This document shows, piece after piece, positions 50,371-64,000 of a stretch of 64,000 nt of DNA (position 1 is its first letter; every line of letters starts with the position of its first letter). Source of the DNA: Vicugna vicugna (Eukaryota); the NCBI GenBank assembly GCA_013265495.1, contig MU058636.1, positions 5,739,741 to 5,803,740 of the forward strand, read 5' to 3'. The translations under genes were made by a program, and so were the position numbers. The notes beneath the pieces are model-generated. The model made no database searches. It saw only the letters and a program-made list of their open reading frames with translations, and was not told the DNA's origin.

Positions 50371-53300
50371 CTGTTCGATGAAGGAAAGCAAGTCAGTAGT
50401 GCAAACCTCCAAGTGAATGCTTCTTCTTTTCACAAAACTTTCTTTCTGTCTTTTCATACTACTTTACTTTTTCCTAGGTTTTGAAAACTGTGAAATTTAT
50501 ATGTAATTAAAAACACCACTCCTGATTATATTTCTGTTTTATAACAGATGAAGGATCTCTAGCAATTAAACATGGAGTATTAAACTTAGGGTGCTCATCA
50601 TTTTAATTCTTTCATGTCCTTAAAACTAAAACAGGAACTACAAATACGAAGCATTGAAAGGTACTCATGCTATTCAGAACATCACATGGTTTTGCATCAA
50701 CTATCTGGAAAACTGTCTCTTTTCCTTTTTTAAATTTTTTGCTTTACCAAACAGAGATTTAGCTAATAAATTACTTTTTCCTGTCCCAGTATCCCTATCG
50801 AAAATGAGGATACTGGTACTTATTTCCTACTCATCCCAAAGGACTAATGCTGTGTTTGAGAAGCATACAATGTTTCTCCCCAGACTTCTAAAAAGAGACA
50901 GTGTGGAAAGCCCAGAGTATCACTGGTGCAGGGAGGAATCTTCGTAGTGTGTGCGGCACATGTTCTGATAAATAAATAACAGACTAATTTTTTTGTAACA
51001 CAACAAAAATATCTGAGAACATTGTGCCACAGAGAAGGGTGTTAATCAATTTTTCTATGTTATATATCAACACAGAATTGTTTTTGGAACTAAGTATTTA
51101 GGACCATCACAAAATCTTGCCCTTTGTGTGACTTCTGCAAATTGGCAAATCGTTGCTCCATGCCAAGATGCCTCTCAGCTCTCCTAAGGAAATGCTCTTA
51201 GCATTGTGATTGAAAAATTCATCTTTTAAGGAAGAAAATCCTTGGTCATACTCTTCAAGGTGAATACATGCCATATCACTACAAGATCTACAGTTTATTG
51301 TAGGATAGGGACAATATAGAATACCAATATATGTATTTATTTATATCTAAACAAAGAGCCAACTTTGGTGAAATGATCCATTTTAGAAATAATTTGATTA
51401 AATAAAGAAACTAGAAGACTGAAAGCTCTATATTGTCATTGTTGTGTTCTTATCTTGCTTTTGTATCTTCAAGCAGTTGGATCATAACAGCAGAGAGAGT
51501 ATATCTCATGAATCATGAAAATGAAAGTATAGTTGATGCATAAGTGAGGAGGTGTTTATGATTTTTATGTGCTATGTCATTTCCTAACATAATAGAAAGC
51601 TTGCTGGGTTGTGTACTTTAGATCTGGAAAGTCCCCTGAATTTCTTAAGGAGAAAGTTGCTATGAACAACACAAAGCAGAATTTTTTCTGACATCAGGTG
51701 TATCTCGTAGTTATAAGATGTATAAAAAGAGCAGCAAAAGAAAAATATTCTAATGAATAAGTTTCACATAGATCAGGAAAATCGCTTAATGTAAAACTGT
51801 GTGGGAAAACAGGGGGTTAAGTCTGTTCTTCGCCCTATCCCTAAAAATGAATGGGCTTGTTTCGAAAAGCACAACTCTTATTGCTAATTCAGGTGACTTG
51901 AATTTATTTTTGGTTCAAATTCCTGAGAAACATTATTGAGATTTAATTTCTAAATCCTTTGACTATTTCCAAATATTAAATTAAATTTAATTTAAGAAAC
52001 ATTTAATCTATTTATTGCTTATCTGGTTTAATGTCAAAGTATCCACTGCATTTTGGTTTCAGTCTCACCTTTTTGGGGTCTGTCACTCTTTGGTGCCATG
52101 ATTTGTTCTCTATCAGATACTTATTTATATGTCAGGGAAAACTGGAATTGTATAGCTTCAAGCACAAAAGGAGAAATATTTCTTGTCCTTTCAGCCCTTT
52201 CTGGCTTTATTTCTGTTATCCAAGAAGCAAGCCATCAAAAATTAATGTTGAGAGATGACAAGTATCTTGGCTATTCAAGTCAGTAGCAAAAATAATAATT
52301 TTTTCATGGACTTTGTACTTCCATAAGTGTGAATTATTCATAAAGTGCCAGTTTGGGTAAAAGTCAGCTCAATGATAGATTTGAGCCAGCACTATAAAAT
52401 TTGCTAAGGAAAACTACAACATCATAGAGCTTCAACATTTAGTCATGCAGTTAAAAAGAATCTCTACTCCTTCACTCTTGAACTCAGCTTCTTAAAGTTT
52501 GCAAGTTAAAATTTCAGCAAGGACCAGTTATCTCCAATTATTTTCTAAACTGGAATTGACTCTTAGTATTGAATTACTAAAGATGGTAGTCCCTAAGGAT
52601 CTTCTGAGAAAGAAGAATAGCAGTGTGCCTGAGAATCAGCTAACTTTTATTTTCACATCCTAAGAAGAGAGACAGACAGAAATTACAAAGCAAGAACCCA
52701 ATCAGCCCTCTGAGATATATTTTTAGTTACACTTCCAGAAAAAAGGCAAGGAAGTAACCAGGGGCACAGTGGGTATTCCTATGGCTTTGGGGAACAAAGA
52801 GGGTACAGCCATTCATACTATCCTTTGGTGGATCGCCTCCACCTAGTGTACTCTCATTTGTCTCAAGGTAACAGCATTCAAATAAACCTAACTTTGTTCT
52901 TGGTCCAAGCCCCTGAAAGGAAAGGAGCCACCATTAAAATGATCAGAAACTAGTAAGGAAGGAATTCAGTAAGGTAGTTCAAAACACAGCTTATTGGATG
53001 TTGGAAATGAGAAGCTACATCCAGAAACACTAAAGGAAAAATTCACATGGATTTGAAAGAGGGGAAACTAGCGTGAGAAATTTCATTATAGGTTTTTGCC
53101 TTGGAGTCAAGATTGACGAACAGGAGGAAATAGTCCAGAAAAACCTTTGTTTTTGTATAGTTCAGTGAATGAAGTGAGAGTGGGGATTGTTATAAAATAT
53201 TTCAAAATACAGCAATGTCCTGTATGAAACACATTATGCAAACCAAATTTAAGTAACTAACCTGGCACCTCTTCTGTCAGTGTGTCTTAGTGCTTATTTT

Positions 53301-53783
53301 CCCTTATTATTTTAGGGAAAATTGCCTTGAAATGGAATTTTCCAAATTGTCATGACCTTCAGAATCATGCTTGGGGATAAATCTCAAAGGAAAAAAGCTG
53401 AAAATACATAAGTTATTCTAATGCCTTGGATTGTCTTTCACTCTATTTATATCCTCTGCTGGGAATAGAATTAGATGGCTCAGCCAAGAGACTTGGCTAT
53501 TTCCCCCCAGTACATCAAAGAGGTCAAAGACATGTTGGGCATCAACTAGAAAAGTAGTATAAATTAAACATGTTTTCACCTCTGTGTGAAACCATGATTC
53601 TATATGTCTATACCTCAACCAAGAACCAGAGAAAGCACAGAAGAGGACAGTTATAGGAAGACAACAGAGGAGAAAGTCACGTGGCACAAACCAAAACAAA
53701 GTATGCTAATTAAGGATGTGATTGGATTCAGTACAGTCAGTATTGGTGATTTTGGGGAGAAGGGAATGGGATGCAGTATTCTT

Positions 53784-54396
53784 TTTTTTTTTTTTACATT
53801 TTTATTGATTCATAATCATTTTACAGTGTTGTGTCAAATTCCAGTGTTCAGTACAATTTTTCAGTCATACATGGACATATACACACTCATTGTTACATTT
53901 TTTTCTTTTCTNNNNNNNNNNNNNNNNNNNNNNNNNNNNNNNNNNNNNNNNNNNNNNNNNNNNNNNNNNNNNNNNNNNNNNNNNNNNNNNNNNNNNNNNN
54001 NNNNNNNNNNNNNNNNNNNNNNNNNNNNNNNNNNNGATCTCATATGGTATTTTTCTTTCTCTTTCTGGCTTACTTCACTTAGAATGACATTCTCTAGGAG
54101 CATCCATGTTGCTGCAAATGGCATTATGTTGTCGGTTTTTATGGCTGAGTAGTATTCCATTGTATAAATATACCACATCTTCTTTATCCAGTCACCTGTT
54201 GATGGACATTTAGGTTGTTTCCATGTTTTGGCTATTGTAAATAGTGCTGCTATGAACATTGGGGTGCAGGTGTCATCCTGAAGTAGATTTCCTTCTGGGT
54301 ACAAGCCCAGGAGTGGGATTCCTGGGTCATATGGTAAGTCTATTCCTAGTCTTTTGAGGAATCTCCACACTGTTTTCCATAGTGGCTGCACCAAAC
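53784..54396 (-). mobile_element. Young 5'-truncated L1 (camelid-type) with a perfect 16-bp TSD
   Basis: TSD gggatgcagtattctt at 53768-53783 and 54397-54412. Uninterrupted ORF2p C-terminus (LVQPLWKTVWRFLKRL...EVSQKEKEKYHM) and poly(T). Confidence 0.97.
53912..54035. other. Assembly gap (124 N) inside the young L1 3' UTR
   Basis: Run of n. Confidence 1.
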
Positions 54397-56389
54397 GGGA
54401 TGCAGTATTCTTAATGCTGAAGTTTACATCAAGGAAGACCACCCCACTAAAAGTCACCCCTTAGCACGGCTTTCAAGAGTCCTTGTTATCCAGCCTCTTC
54501 TACCCTCTGGAGACACCAGGATTGCCTTTTCTCACCACCCCCTCCCACCATACCTAAGTTCTAGCTATCCTGAACTTCTTTCTGTGCTCCAGGTATGCTG
54601 TGCTCTCCCCAGACTTCGGATAATATTATCTCTGCCTGATCTCAGTCAGTTGCTGTTTCCTCTAGGACACTATCCCTGTACCCCTTAATGAGCATAAGAT
54701 ATCCCTTGAAGTAGTCCTCGTTTAAGGTGTCTTCTTAACTTGTGTGGGTTCATGACCCAAATTATACCAGTCAGATTCTCTCCTGGGAATTTGGTTTGGA
54801 ATCTAAGATAATAATCCATTTAAGTTCTTATTGGAAGTGGAAACAGGTAAACTCATTTGGGGGTCCAATATGGGGTGTCTGTATTATTCCATATGCATGG
54901 AGAAATGATGATGATAAAATCCAGGTTGAAGACAAAGATGCCCAGAATGAAGCAAATGTGCAAGATCACGTGGCTTCAGGAATATAAAGAAATAGAAACC
55001 AGCTGCCTTTCCTTTTGACAGTTCTGCTTCCTACCCTTTAGGTTTCCTGAGTTACCCTTAGATCAAGTTAGAAAAACTTCATTAGGAATTATAGACATCC
55101 ACAATATAAAAATATATAGATTAGACCTTACAGTAACTGGCTATCTCCCATTCATTCCATTCATAAATAATTTATTGAGCATTTCCTGTATCTACTTTAA
55201 GAGTCTTCTTAAAAGCATGTTCAAGGTGGAATTGGAGTTTGGGGTCAACCTAAGAATAGCTTGTTTGTAAGAAAACAACAGCAATTCTCAAATAATCTTC
55301 CTCATCCCCTTCAACCATGAAATTTCTGCAATAAATACTTGTCTGAATATGAAATTGCACCACTGGCATTTAGATGATAAAAAAATTCCTCAGTGTTTAA
55401 CCCAACTCAAATGCCATTCCCACTTCTGTCTGTACAGAATTTTCCTGGATTGAGAAGAGCTCCAACTGAAGAGGGAAGCCAGTGGGCCCTTAAAGTCCCT
55501 GGGTCTTTGAAACAAATGTTCCAAGGTCTCATATAGCTCTAAACAATGTTATGATCTAGGAATTTGTGCATTCTTCCTGACTGCTCAGGAAGTGCTGAGT
55601 GCTCCAATGAGAGGAAGATGTTTGTAGATCATGTGTAATTGGTGTCGGGAATGAGAGAAAATAAGTCTGCAATGCCTCGCTACAGATGAGACGTACTGAC
55701 TAGTCTCAGACGAAAGGCTTGCAACTTACGAGTGAGTGACAAATAACAAAGAGCAGGCAAGACTTGACCGAGGGATACGAACATGCATGAAGAATGTGTT
55801 AGAGAAAAATATTTCCAGAAGATACCAGAAAAGAATGTAGTTGACACACATTCATGAACTGATTTTGATACCCAAAGTACAGGGTAGTTTGGAAAGTATC
55901 TTTTGATTGAGCCAGAGTGAAAACATAGTAAGTCAAGGAAGAAAAAAATGCAAGGTAAATCTGTGGACCCACTGTTTTTTATCTGCTAATGAGGGAGTTT
56001 TAATAGATCATCTCAAGCTTCCTTGCCAGTTAAGTCTTTAAGATTCTCAAAATTTCAGGCAGTAGAGTAACCCCAATGGGTAAACAAGAAATCTAGTAGA
56101 GAGTTCACAGACCAAAGAATCTTTGAGTCAAACTTACTACTTAAAAGCCTGAACTGTAACTAAATTGGGATGCCTCTACTTTGTCTGTTCTCTTAGAATT
56201 TTCATGCAAAGTAGTTTTGGTCTGCTAAATAAATGACCTCTGAAAACGTTGGCCAGTTATTTTAAAAATGGGGACAAGCACCCTGAAGAAACATATTAAT
56301 TTATAAACTTCATACATTACAACTTTTCTCCTGGATTATAAATACATGAACCATATACAAAAATAGAAAGTAAAAAGGTTTTGATAGAT

Positions 56390-58985
56390 AACCCATAAAC
56401 AAACTGAAATTTAAAACATAATACCATTTACAATTATGCCAAAGAAAATAAAATACTTAGGTATAAACCTAACAAAACACACACAAGATCTGTATGTTGA
56501 AAGTTACAAAATGCTGTTGAAAGAAACCAAAGAAGAACTAAATAAACAGAGAGATATACCATATTTATTGAGTGGAGGACTCAACTGTTCTCCCCAAATT
56601 CTAAATACGTTAGTTCTCCCTAAGTTGGCTACAGGTTTAATGTAATTCCTGTCAAAATCCCAGCAGGTTTTTTTTGTAGATATAGATAAATGAATTCTTA
56701 AATTTATATGGAAAGGCACAGAATCCAGAATAGCTGAAACAGTTTTGAAGGAGAATAAAGTTGGAGTAATCATTCTGCCCTATATTAAAACTTACTATAT
56801 AGCTAACTAATTAAGAGAGTGTGGTACGAGTGGAGAGACAGATACACAGATCAGCGTAACAAAATAGAGAATGCAGAAATACACCCAGAAAAAGATGTCC
56901 AACTAATTGCTTACAAAGGTGCAAAAACATTGCAACATATGATGGATGACCTTTTTAATACATGGTGCTAAAGCAATTAGACATCCCGGGGTTGGGGGGA
57001 ATAAAGGAATCTCTACCTAAGTCTCATACTTAAGAAAAATCAACTCAAAATAGATCATAGACTTAAATGTAAAACATGAAACTATAAAACTTCTAGAAAA
57101 CAACATGGAGAAAGTACTCAGAATCTAGGGCTGGGTAAAGGCTTCCTAGTCTTGCCATTAAAAGCAGAGTCCATAAGAGGGAAAATTTATAAATTGGACC
57201 TAATCAAATTTAAAACTTTTGCTCTATGAAGCTGATGTGAAGAGAGTGAAGAGAGAAACTGCAGACTGGGAGAAAATATTTGCAAACCACACATGCAGCA
57301 AAGAACGTGTATCTAGACTGTATCAAACTGTCAAAATTCAGCAGTAAAAACGTAATGAAATAATCCAATAAGAAAATGAACAAAAGATATGAATAGGCTT
57401 TTCACTGAAGAGAATGCAAAGAAGCACATGAGAAGATATTCAGCATCATTAGTCATTAAGGAAATGTAAGTTAAAGCCACAATGAGATAGCACTTCTCAC
57501 CTATCAGAATGGCTACAATAAACAACCCTGACGTGGATGCAGAGAAACTGAATCACTCATTGTTAGCTGGTTGGAATGTAAAATGGCACAGCCTCTCTGG
57601 AAAATGGTTTGGCAGTTTCTAATAAAACTGAACTTGCTATATGACTCAGCAGGAGCACTCCTGGGCTTTAACGCCAGAAAAATGAAAAGTGTATGTTAAC
57701 GTGAAATCACATACAAGAACATTTGTAGCATCTTTATTAATAATAACCCCAAGCTGGAGACAATTCAAAAGTCCTTCAGTAGATGAATGGTTAAACACTG
57801 TGGTATACTCAAACCATGGAATACTATTGAGTAACAAAGGGACAAACTATTGGTTTGTACAATGTGGTAGACAGAAAAATGATGCTCCTCTCCAAAAAAA
57901 GATGTTTCATCTCTAATCCAAGGAACTGGCAAATATCTTATATTGCATGGCAAAGGAGACTCTGCAGGTATAATTAAAGTTACAGACCTTAAAATAAGGA
58001 GATTATTTTGGATTATCTGGGTGGATCCAATCTAATCACATGAACTCTTCAAAGTAAAGAATTTTCTCTAGCTGGAGTCTGAGCGAGTGATGGATCAGAA
58101 GAAGTCAGAGAGATTCCACGTATGAGACAGACTCATCAGCTGTTGCCCAGGAATTGGGGGGTGGTGCACTGGAGAGCATAAGAAGGGTACAGGCAGCCTC
58201 TCGAGCAAGACTAACTCCCAGCTGACAGCCGGCATGGAAACTGGGACGTCTGTCCCACAAGTGCCAGAAACTGAACTTGGCCAACAACTTGAGTGACCTT
58301 GGAACCGCTTTCTCCCCAGAGCCTCCAGAAAGGAACACAGCCTTGATTTAGGCCTTGTGAGATTCTAAGCAGGGGACCAACTGAACTATTCCTAGACTTT
58401 TGAGCTTCAGAAATGTGAGCTAATAGATGTGTATTGTTTTAAGTGGCTGAATTTGGGGTGATTTGGTACAGCAACAATAAAAAACTAGCAATAGCAATAA
58501 CCTGGATAGGGCCTAAGAGAAGTTTGCTGAGTGAAAAAAAGCCAGTCTCAAAGAGTTGACATAACTAGATTGTTCCACTCATATAACATTTTTGAAATGA
58601 CAAAATTATAGAGATGGAAAACAGATAATTGGCTACTAAAGGTTAGGAGGAAGTAAGGGGGAGGTGGATGTGAGTGTAAATGAGTATCATGATTGATCCT
58701 TGTGGTGATGGAAGTATTTTGTAACTTGACTGTAGTGGTAGTTACACAAATCTACACAAGTGATAAAATTGCCTGCAACTAAATATACACCCTAATGAAT
58801 GCGTATAAAACTGGAGAAATTGGAATAAGGTCAGTGGATTGTATCAGTGTCAGTATCCTGGTGGTGATACTACCTCACAGTTCAGCAAGGCATCACCTTT
58901 GGGGAAACTGGATTAAATGTATGTGGGGTCTCTATATTATTTCTTACAACTACATATGAATCTGCAATTATCTAAAAGATAAAAG
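56390..58985 (+). mobile_element. 5'-truncated L1 (L1MC/MD-like), interrupted by an MLT1 LTR
   Basis: ORF2 peptide KIKYLGINLTKHTQDLYVESYKMLLKE. 3' UTR gatccttgtggtgatgg...tattatttcttacaactacatatgaatct. Confidence 0.92.
57863..58490 (+). mobile_element. MLT1 (D/E-like) solo LTR nested in the L1
   Basis: tgtggtagacagaa...gagattattttggattatctgggtgg...agagcctccagaaaggaacacagcc...gcaacaataaaaaactagca. Confidence 0.9.
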
Positions 58986-59319
58986 GCTGATTTTAAAAAG
59001 CTTTAGTAAAGGCCATATGTTAAAAGTAATTTTTTGAATATTTATGTATTCATGATATAAAAGCCATTGTCTCCACTTAAATTATTATAGTGAAAACAAT
59101 AGGATTAAATATGTTAGCCCATCACTGCTTTCACTTCAAAATACTTAAAAGTAAAATGAGGTTCAGCCCTGCCAGTTTCTTGTTGTTCACTCGTGTTTGC
59201 AATATTAGAGCTGTCTTTCAGCAACGTTTTTTCTGTAGAAATCTCTTTAGAGGACATTTGTACGTTTGGTGACAGTTTAGTTAAAACTAGATAACAGAAT
59301 TCACAAATCCACTTAACAT

Positions 59320-59782
59320 AATAAGTTAGCTTTTTGTTGTGGCTACAAGAAATTACCATAAATTTAGTGGCTTAAACAACACAAATTTATTAACTTACGT
59401 TCTGGAGATCAGAAGCCTACAATGGTTCTCACTGAGCTAGTATCAAGGTGTCAGCCAGGATGTGTTCTTTATGGAGGCTGTAAGGGCAGCCTGTTTCCCT
59501 GACTGTTTCAGCTTCCAGAGGCTACCACGTTCCCTGGCCTGTGGCCACCTTGCAGCAGTCGCATCACTGACCTCTTGTCATATCTTTCACTGAGACTCTT
59601 TTGCCTCCCTGGTTCATTTATTATAAGAATCTTACACTGGGCTACCTAGATAATCCAGATAATCTCCCTATCTCAAGATCCTTAATCAGATCTGCAAGGT
59701 TCCTTTTGCCATGAGAGGTAACCTATTCACAGGTTCTGGGGATCCCCAGACACTGGGCAGGGCATTATTCCACCAGCCACAC
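59320..59782 (-). mobile_element. MLT1-type solo LTR
   Basis: aaattaccataaatttagtggcttaaacaacacaaatttatt...tcaaggtgtcagc...ggcattattccaccagccaca. Confidence 0.9.
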
Positions 59783-62149
59783 AGGACATGCACAAACTGC
59801 AGCATGTAGCGATGTGCAGAATGTACACAGGTGTGTGAGGACTCCACTGTCAGCACTCTCTTATGGCACCAGCAGGCGCCTCAGAATAGCTCATGTACCC
59901 ATGACCATTTCAGATGCAGACTAGAGAAGCCATCAGCTTTAATTCATGTATTAAATATTGTGAAGGCTTGATATCTCTAATTTTTTTTCATTCACACATG
60001 GTTAGAACAGAAGTTCTAGCATTCTCTTTCCATGCCTCACTTGATTGCTGGGGACCCCTGAATTTGGGGCTCCCACTTGGAGGCCACAGCTCTCAATAAC
60101 CAGTGTTTAACAGTTCCTCACATCTGTGCAGCAACACACAATTTACAGACTGTGGTCATAATATTTCACATAGTGGGATTGTTAATTCCACAAAAACAAC
60201 ACTGGGAGGTAGATGCAGTTTCCAGTTTATAGGTGGGGTTTCTTAAGCCCAGAGAAGTTCAGGAACTTGATGTAGGACAAAGTAAAAAATGGCTGAATGA
60301 AGAACTACATCTCACACTGTGGGTCCCAGCTTCAGTACAACACTGAGAATGGGTTCCGGGTGGAGGAGGAGCAAGATTTTCAGTGTCCAGAGACAGAGCA
60401 TCCTGAATTTTCAGGAGACAGCAGTAGGAATGGAGGTGAAGGCAGGCAACCTGGTTCAGAATACAGAGAAATTTTCACATTAACTACTGGGATGGCAACT
60501 GATTTCCTTATGCTCAGAACCTCTACATGACCAGGACCAAGTCCAGTAACTTAAGTCACTGGGGCTCGAAGAAGCTGGGACTGTACAATAAAGAAAAGCT
60601 GTATTGTTCTGGGCACATTTTCTTTTCTTTTGTGTTTCATGAGGTCACAAATAGTTCTAGGGGTTTTTTCCCCCCCCTGTGGCTGTCTCTTAGAGAGGAC
60701 ATTACAAATGATAGTGATTCCATGACAGTCATTCTTTCTTCCGAAATGGCTCAGAGAACTCTGGAGGACACAAAGCTATTTTTATTCACTGGGGCTTGGG
60801 AGTCACAGTGAGACAGAGCTGCAGGGCTGGTGTCCTTCTGATAAAGGGGACAAATGCATTCATAAGCCATCTTGAAAGGATGAAACAAGCTCATGGAAAA
60901 TCAAGGAGAAGCAGATGTAATTATACAGAGAATTACAAGACATGGACTTAGAGATAATTCGGAACAGCATGACTGAGCAGCAGAGGAATATGGAAATTTG
61001 TAACTGATAAACAATGGTAGCTGGACCAAATTTTGAGAGATGGTTTGAAAGATCTAATAGATAGATTACCTACAGTGTGTTTAATTGAGGTTAGCTCTGA
61101 CATTGACTGACTTTAACTAAATGTTATTGTTGGTCCCATGCATCATTTTTTATATTCAATCCATGGAGTGGAAACATTGATCTTAAGATTGCTGAGGAAC
61201 AAATTAATTATACCTGTAAATGGCTTTTAAACTACAAATAATAAGAACCAAATATAAGATCCAAACATCTGAAAGTGGCATCAAGACTACAGCTTGCAAA
61301 GAGTATATAGGTTTCTGTTTGCTGGAATAATTACACTTACGTGAGACTTGCATATGCAAGCCAAATCTCCTAATCGATTTACTTCGAAAATAACACTGAG
61401 GTCACATTACATTAGCAAGGGGAAATGGAAAGCAGAATTAATTACCTCGATACTATAAACTAGAGGAAACAAATGTTGCTTCAATTATCTGATTCTTCCA
61501 GATGAGACTTGGGATGTGAATGATCTGAATTGCAGTGATACTGAATTTCACGTTGGTAAATTAGACAGTTTAAAAGACTCAGAAAGGCAAATTTTCCTAG
61601 AGGATTTTTTGTGAGTGACTCCTCTGCACATGAACTTGCCAGAATGTGACTTACAAATAAACTTATATACTGACCAAGTATTTGACTAGCTTCTTCCCAG
61701 TTTTATAAGAATAAAAACTGAAATGGTGAAAATACTGTTTTCATAACTGTCAACCAATTCATAGTTACAGTTATAGGAAAATAAAATAGCATGTAGGAAG
61801 CAAGCTGAACACATACACTATTATTAGATTTTTACCATGGTAATACTTCCCAATTTCACAGATATGAAAAATCTAGAAAACAGTTAATTTTAGATCTGTA
61901 CACAACAGATTGCTCAAAGGCTGGGACTACAATTCAAGAGGATATCACTCTGGACCTGGTACAGTTTATTTTTATTTTTCAAGGGCTTTTATGTTAAGGA
62001 TGACTGAGAGCTTTAAAGCCAGATGGGATTTAGGGGCCACTTAATCTAGTGCTACCTACTCACCAGTCATTAGACTTATGCTGGGCTCCCTGCCTATGAA
62101 CTTAAATCTAATTTCCCCATCTTCAGATAAGAAAAGAGTTTTCCAGGGG

Positions 62150-62302
62150 ACAAAAAAGCACTCTAGTTTTTAAGTGCAATTTCTAGGCCCTGCCCTGTAT
62201 TTTCTGACTGAGGAATTTTGTGGGTGTGGCTTTGGTAATCTGTATTTTTTAAAAAAGATTCCCAGGTGATTCTATGAGCCAACTGTTTGGGGAAACCACG
62301 GA
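62150..62302. mobile_element. MER5A-like hAT-Charlie fragment
   Basis: aatctgtattttttaaaaaagattcccaggtgattct...tttggggaaaccac. Confidence 0.7.
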
Positions 62303-64000
62303 TACTAGTCTAACCTCTTCAGTTTGGAGATGCTGAATCCGAGGGCCCCTTGTGTTGGTTAGATGAGGGAGGAGAAGCTCCCTGATTTCTAGTCCTTTTT
62401 TGCTCCTCACTAGCCACCCGATGATGAAATCCTTTCTGTCCCCTGCGAATGTGAATTCGGAGTGAGAGGCGTGGGAGGTGGTGTGGGGCTACAACCCCCT
62501 CCACAGACAGAGTGGAGATGGATTGACGCTAGGGATTGTTAATTTGCCTTATTCCCTTCGCTGGGAAACTTTAAAACCAAGGGGAAAATTTAATCGGCTG
62601 ATAAATAAATGAAGTTTTATAAGTAAATAGGGAAATGGGTTAGATAACATCTTAATATCTCTTCTAGCCCCAGCATTCTGTGCTTCAGTAATTTAGTTAC
62701 AAAGGAACCCACTGGCACTTTCACTTTCTTTTGTTAAGATGTTTTCTGCAGAAGCTTCCTCAGTAGAAGAAACATACATTCTTCCTCCTTCTTTCAACGT
62801 AACTTTTCTTATCTGAAAAGGTAACTACGCTGTAAACACTTACAGATGAAAAACCGACCCCTCCCTGCCTTCCGCACTTACTTAGCACTTTCAGATCGAA
62901 TGTGCAGATAGCTTCAGTGGCTGGGCTTGCAGCGGGCTTAGCACAAATACAACAGCACCACCTTGTGTTGTGTTCCTGGGAGAATTTACCTCTAACAGGA
63001 CAAAAGCTTGGGTGAGGAGGGGTGGAGCAGGATGTAGAGAGGAAGCCTCTGTGTTCGCTACTGAAAGCAGCTCTGCTGCACCCATTCCCTAGAAAAACTC
63101 TTCTGTCCACCACCAGCCTACAGTTTTCTCCTATAAATTGTATGTGTGTCTGTTAAATATATCTATATATTAAATATTATACATAATCTATAAGGTGGTT
63201 GGGAAATGGAAAAGCAGAAATACACATATATTAATAAAAGCCTAGGCAAGCACAATGCTTTAGCATATATTTATAGGAAAAAATTACAATTTTACTTTCA
63301 GAATACTTGAGGGCAAATGCACATTTAATGCGAACTATGATTTAACTCTTTTTCTAAAGACTCCCCCCATATTCAGAAAGGTCGCTTTTAAGTAATATGT
63401 TTGCCTATTAAAAGAATAAAAGGATTTTTCACAATACCTCTCTCATAATAATTCTGTCATGGATAAGGGTAAATACTTCTATTATGGGTAAACTCTTTTA
63501 TTTCCCAAGTAGAGATGTAGAGTTTTATTCATATTTGAATCTTCTCTGTGGGGTAAGCTGAGAAAACTATATATGTACATCAACTTGGGACTGAAGGACT
63601 GTACTTTGAAAAACACCAAAATAGAAATATTGCCCAGCGAAATACGCTGCTCTTGTCTCATCTTTTCACCAGAAACAACACAGCTAATTAAGGAAGATTG
63701 TTTTCAGTTACAGTTTGAAATGTCAAGATTGGTGTAACAAATTAGCGATTCTTTGTCCCTGAAGTCATCTGGAAAATTGAGTCTGAGTCCTTACAACCTA
63801 CACACAATTATAGGATGGAAAGTTACAGAATCAGAAAGTAGCAACTTCAGGGCGTTTATGGGACTGGTCAGGCAGCCAGCCTTACCCAGAAAGCCCTGCC
63901 AAAGGCTCAGTGATGTTGCTTTTCGTTGCAAAAGGGGGATTTAGTCTTCTAAGTTTATTTTTCATCACTGATCCAGTCTCTAGAGTATACATTTACTGCA

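Noticed and set aside
51976..51995. Perfect 20-bp palindrome ttaaattaaatttaatttaa
   Set aside because: A/T-only low-complexity sequence, plausible by chance in AT-rich DNA.
21700..54396. Two lineage-specific L1s truncated within ~30 nt of the same ORF2 position
   Set aside because: Two events cannot show a truncation hotspot, and short 3' fragments are the commonest L1 size class.
53604..54457. Longest ORFs in the track (182 and 198 aa)
   Set aside because: They are lengthened by the N gap, and the real coding signal is the L1 ORF2p C-terminus, not a host gene.

Overview
AT-rich mammalian genomic DNA, not prokaryotic. It is most likely camelid (alpaca/camel), inferred from the recalled 3' UTR sequence of a young L1 at 53784-54396. 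I can support no complete protein-coding gene, RNA gene or CRISPR array. The long ORFs are either L1 ORF2 remnants or chance ORFs. The window looks like a large intron or 5' region full of ancient and lineage-specific repeats (MIR, L2, L3/CR1, L1M, MLT1 LTRs, Tigger1-derived, MER5A). Several islands of unique sequence carry minus-strand splice signals and could be alternative 5' exons of an unidentified host gene. The most unusual object is a ~870 bp degenerate fold-back element (29471-30345). It has tandemly repeated inverted termini and a faint Mutator/MULE-like peptide on both arms, and it splits an L3/CR1 relic. Repeat family names come from recalled consensus sequences, not database searches, and repeat boundaries are approximate unless a TSD is quoted. 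I found no convincing novel biological system.
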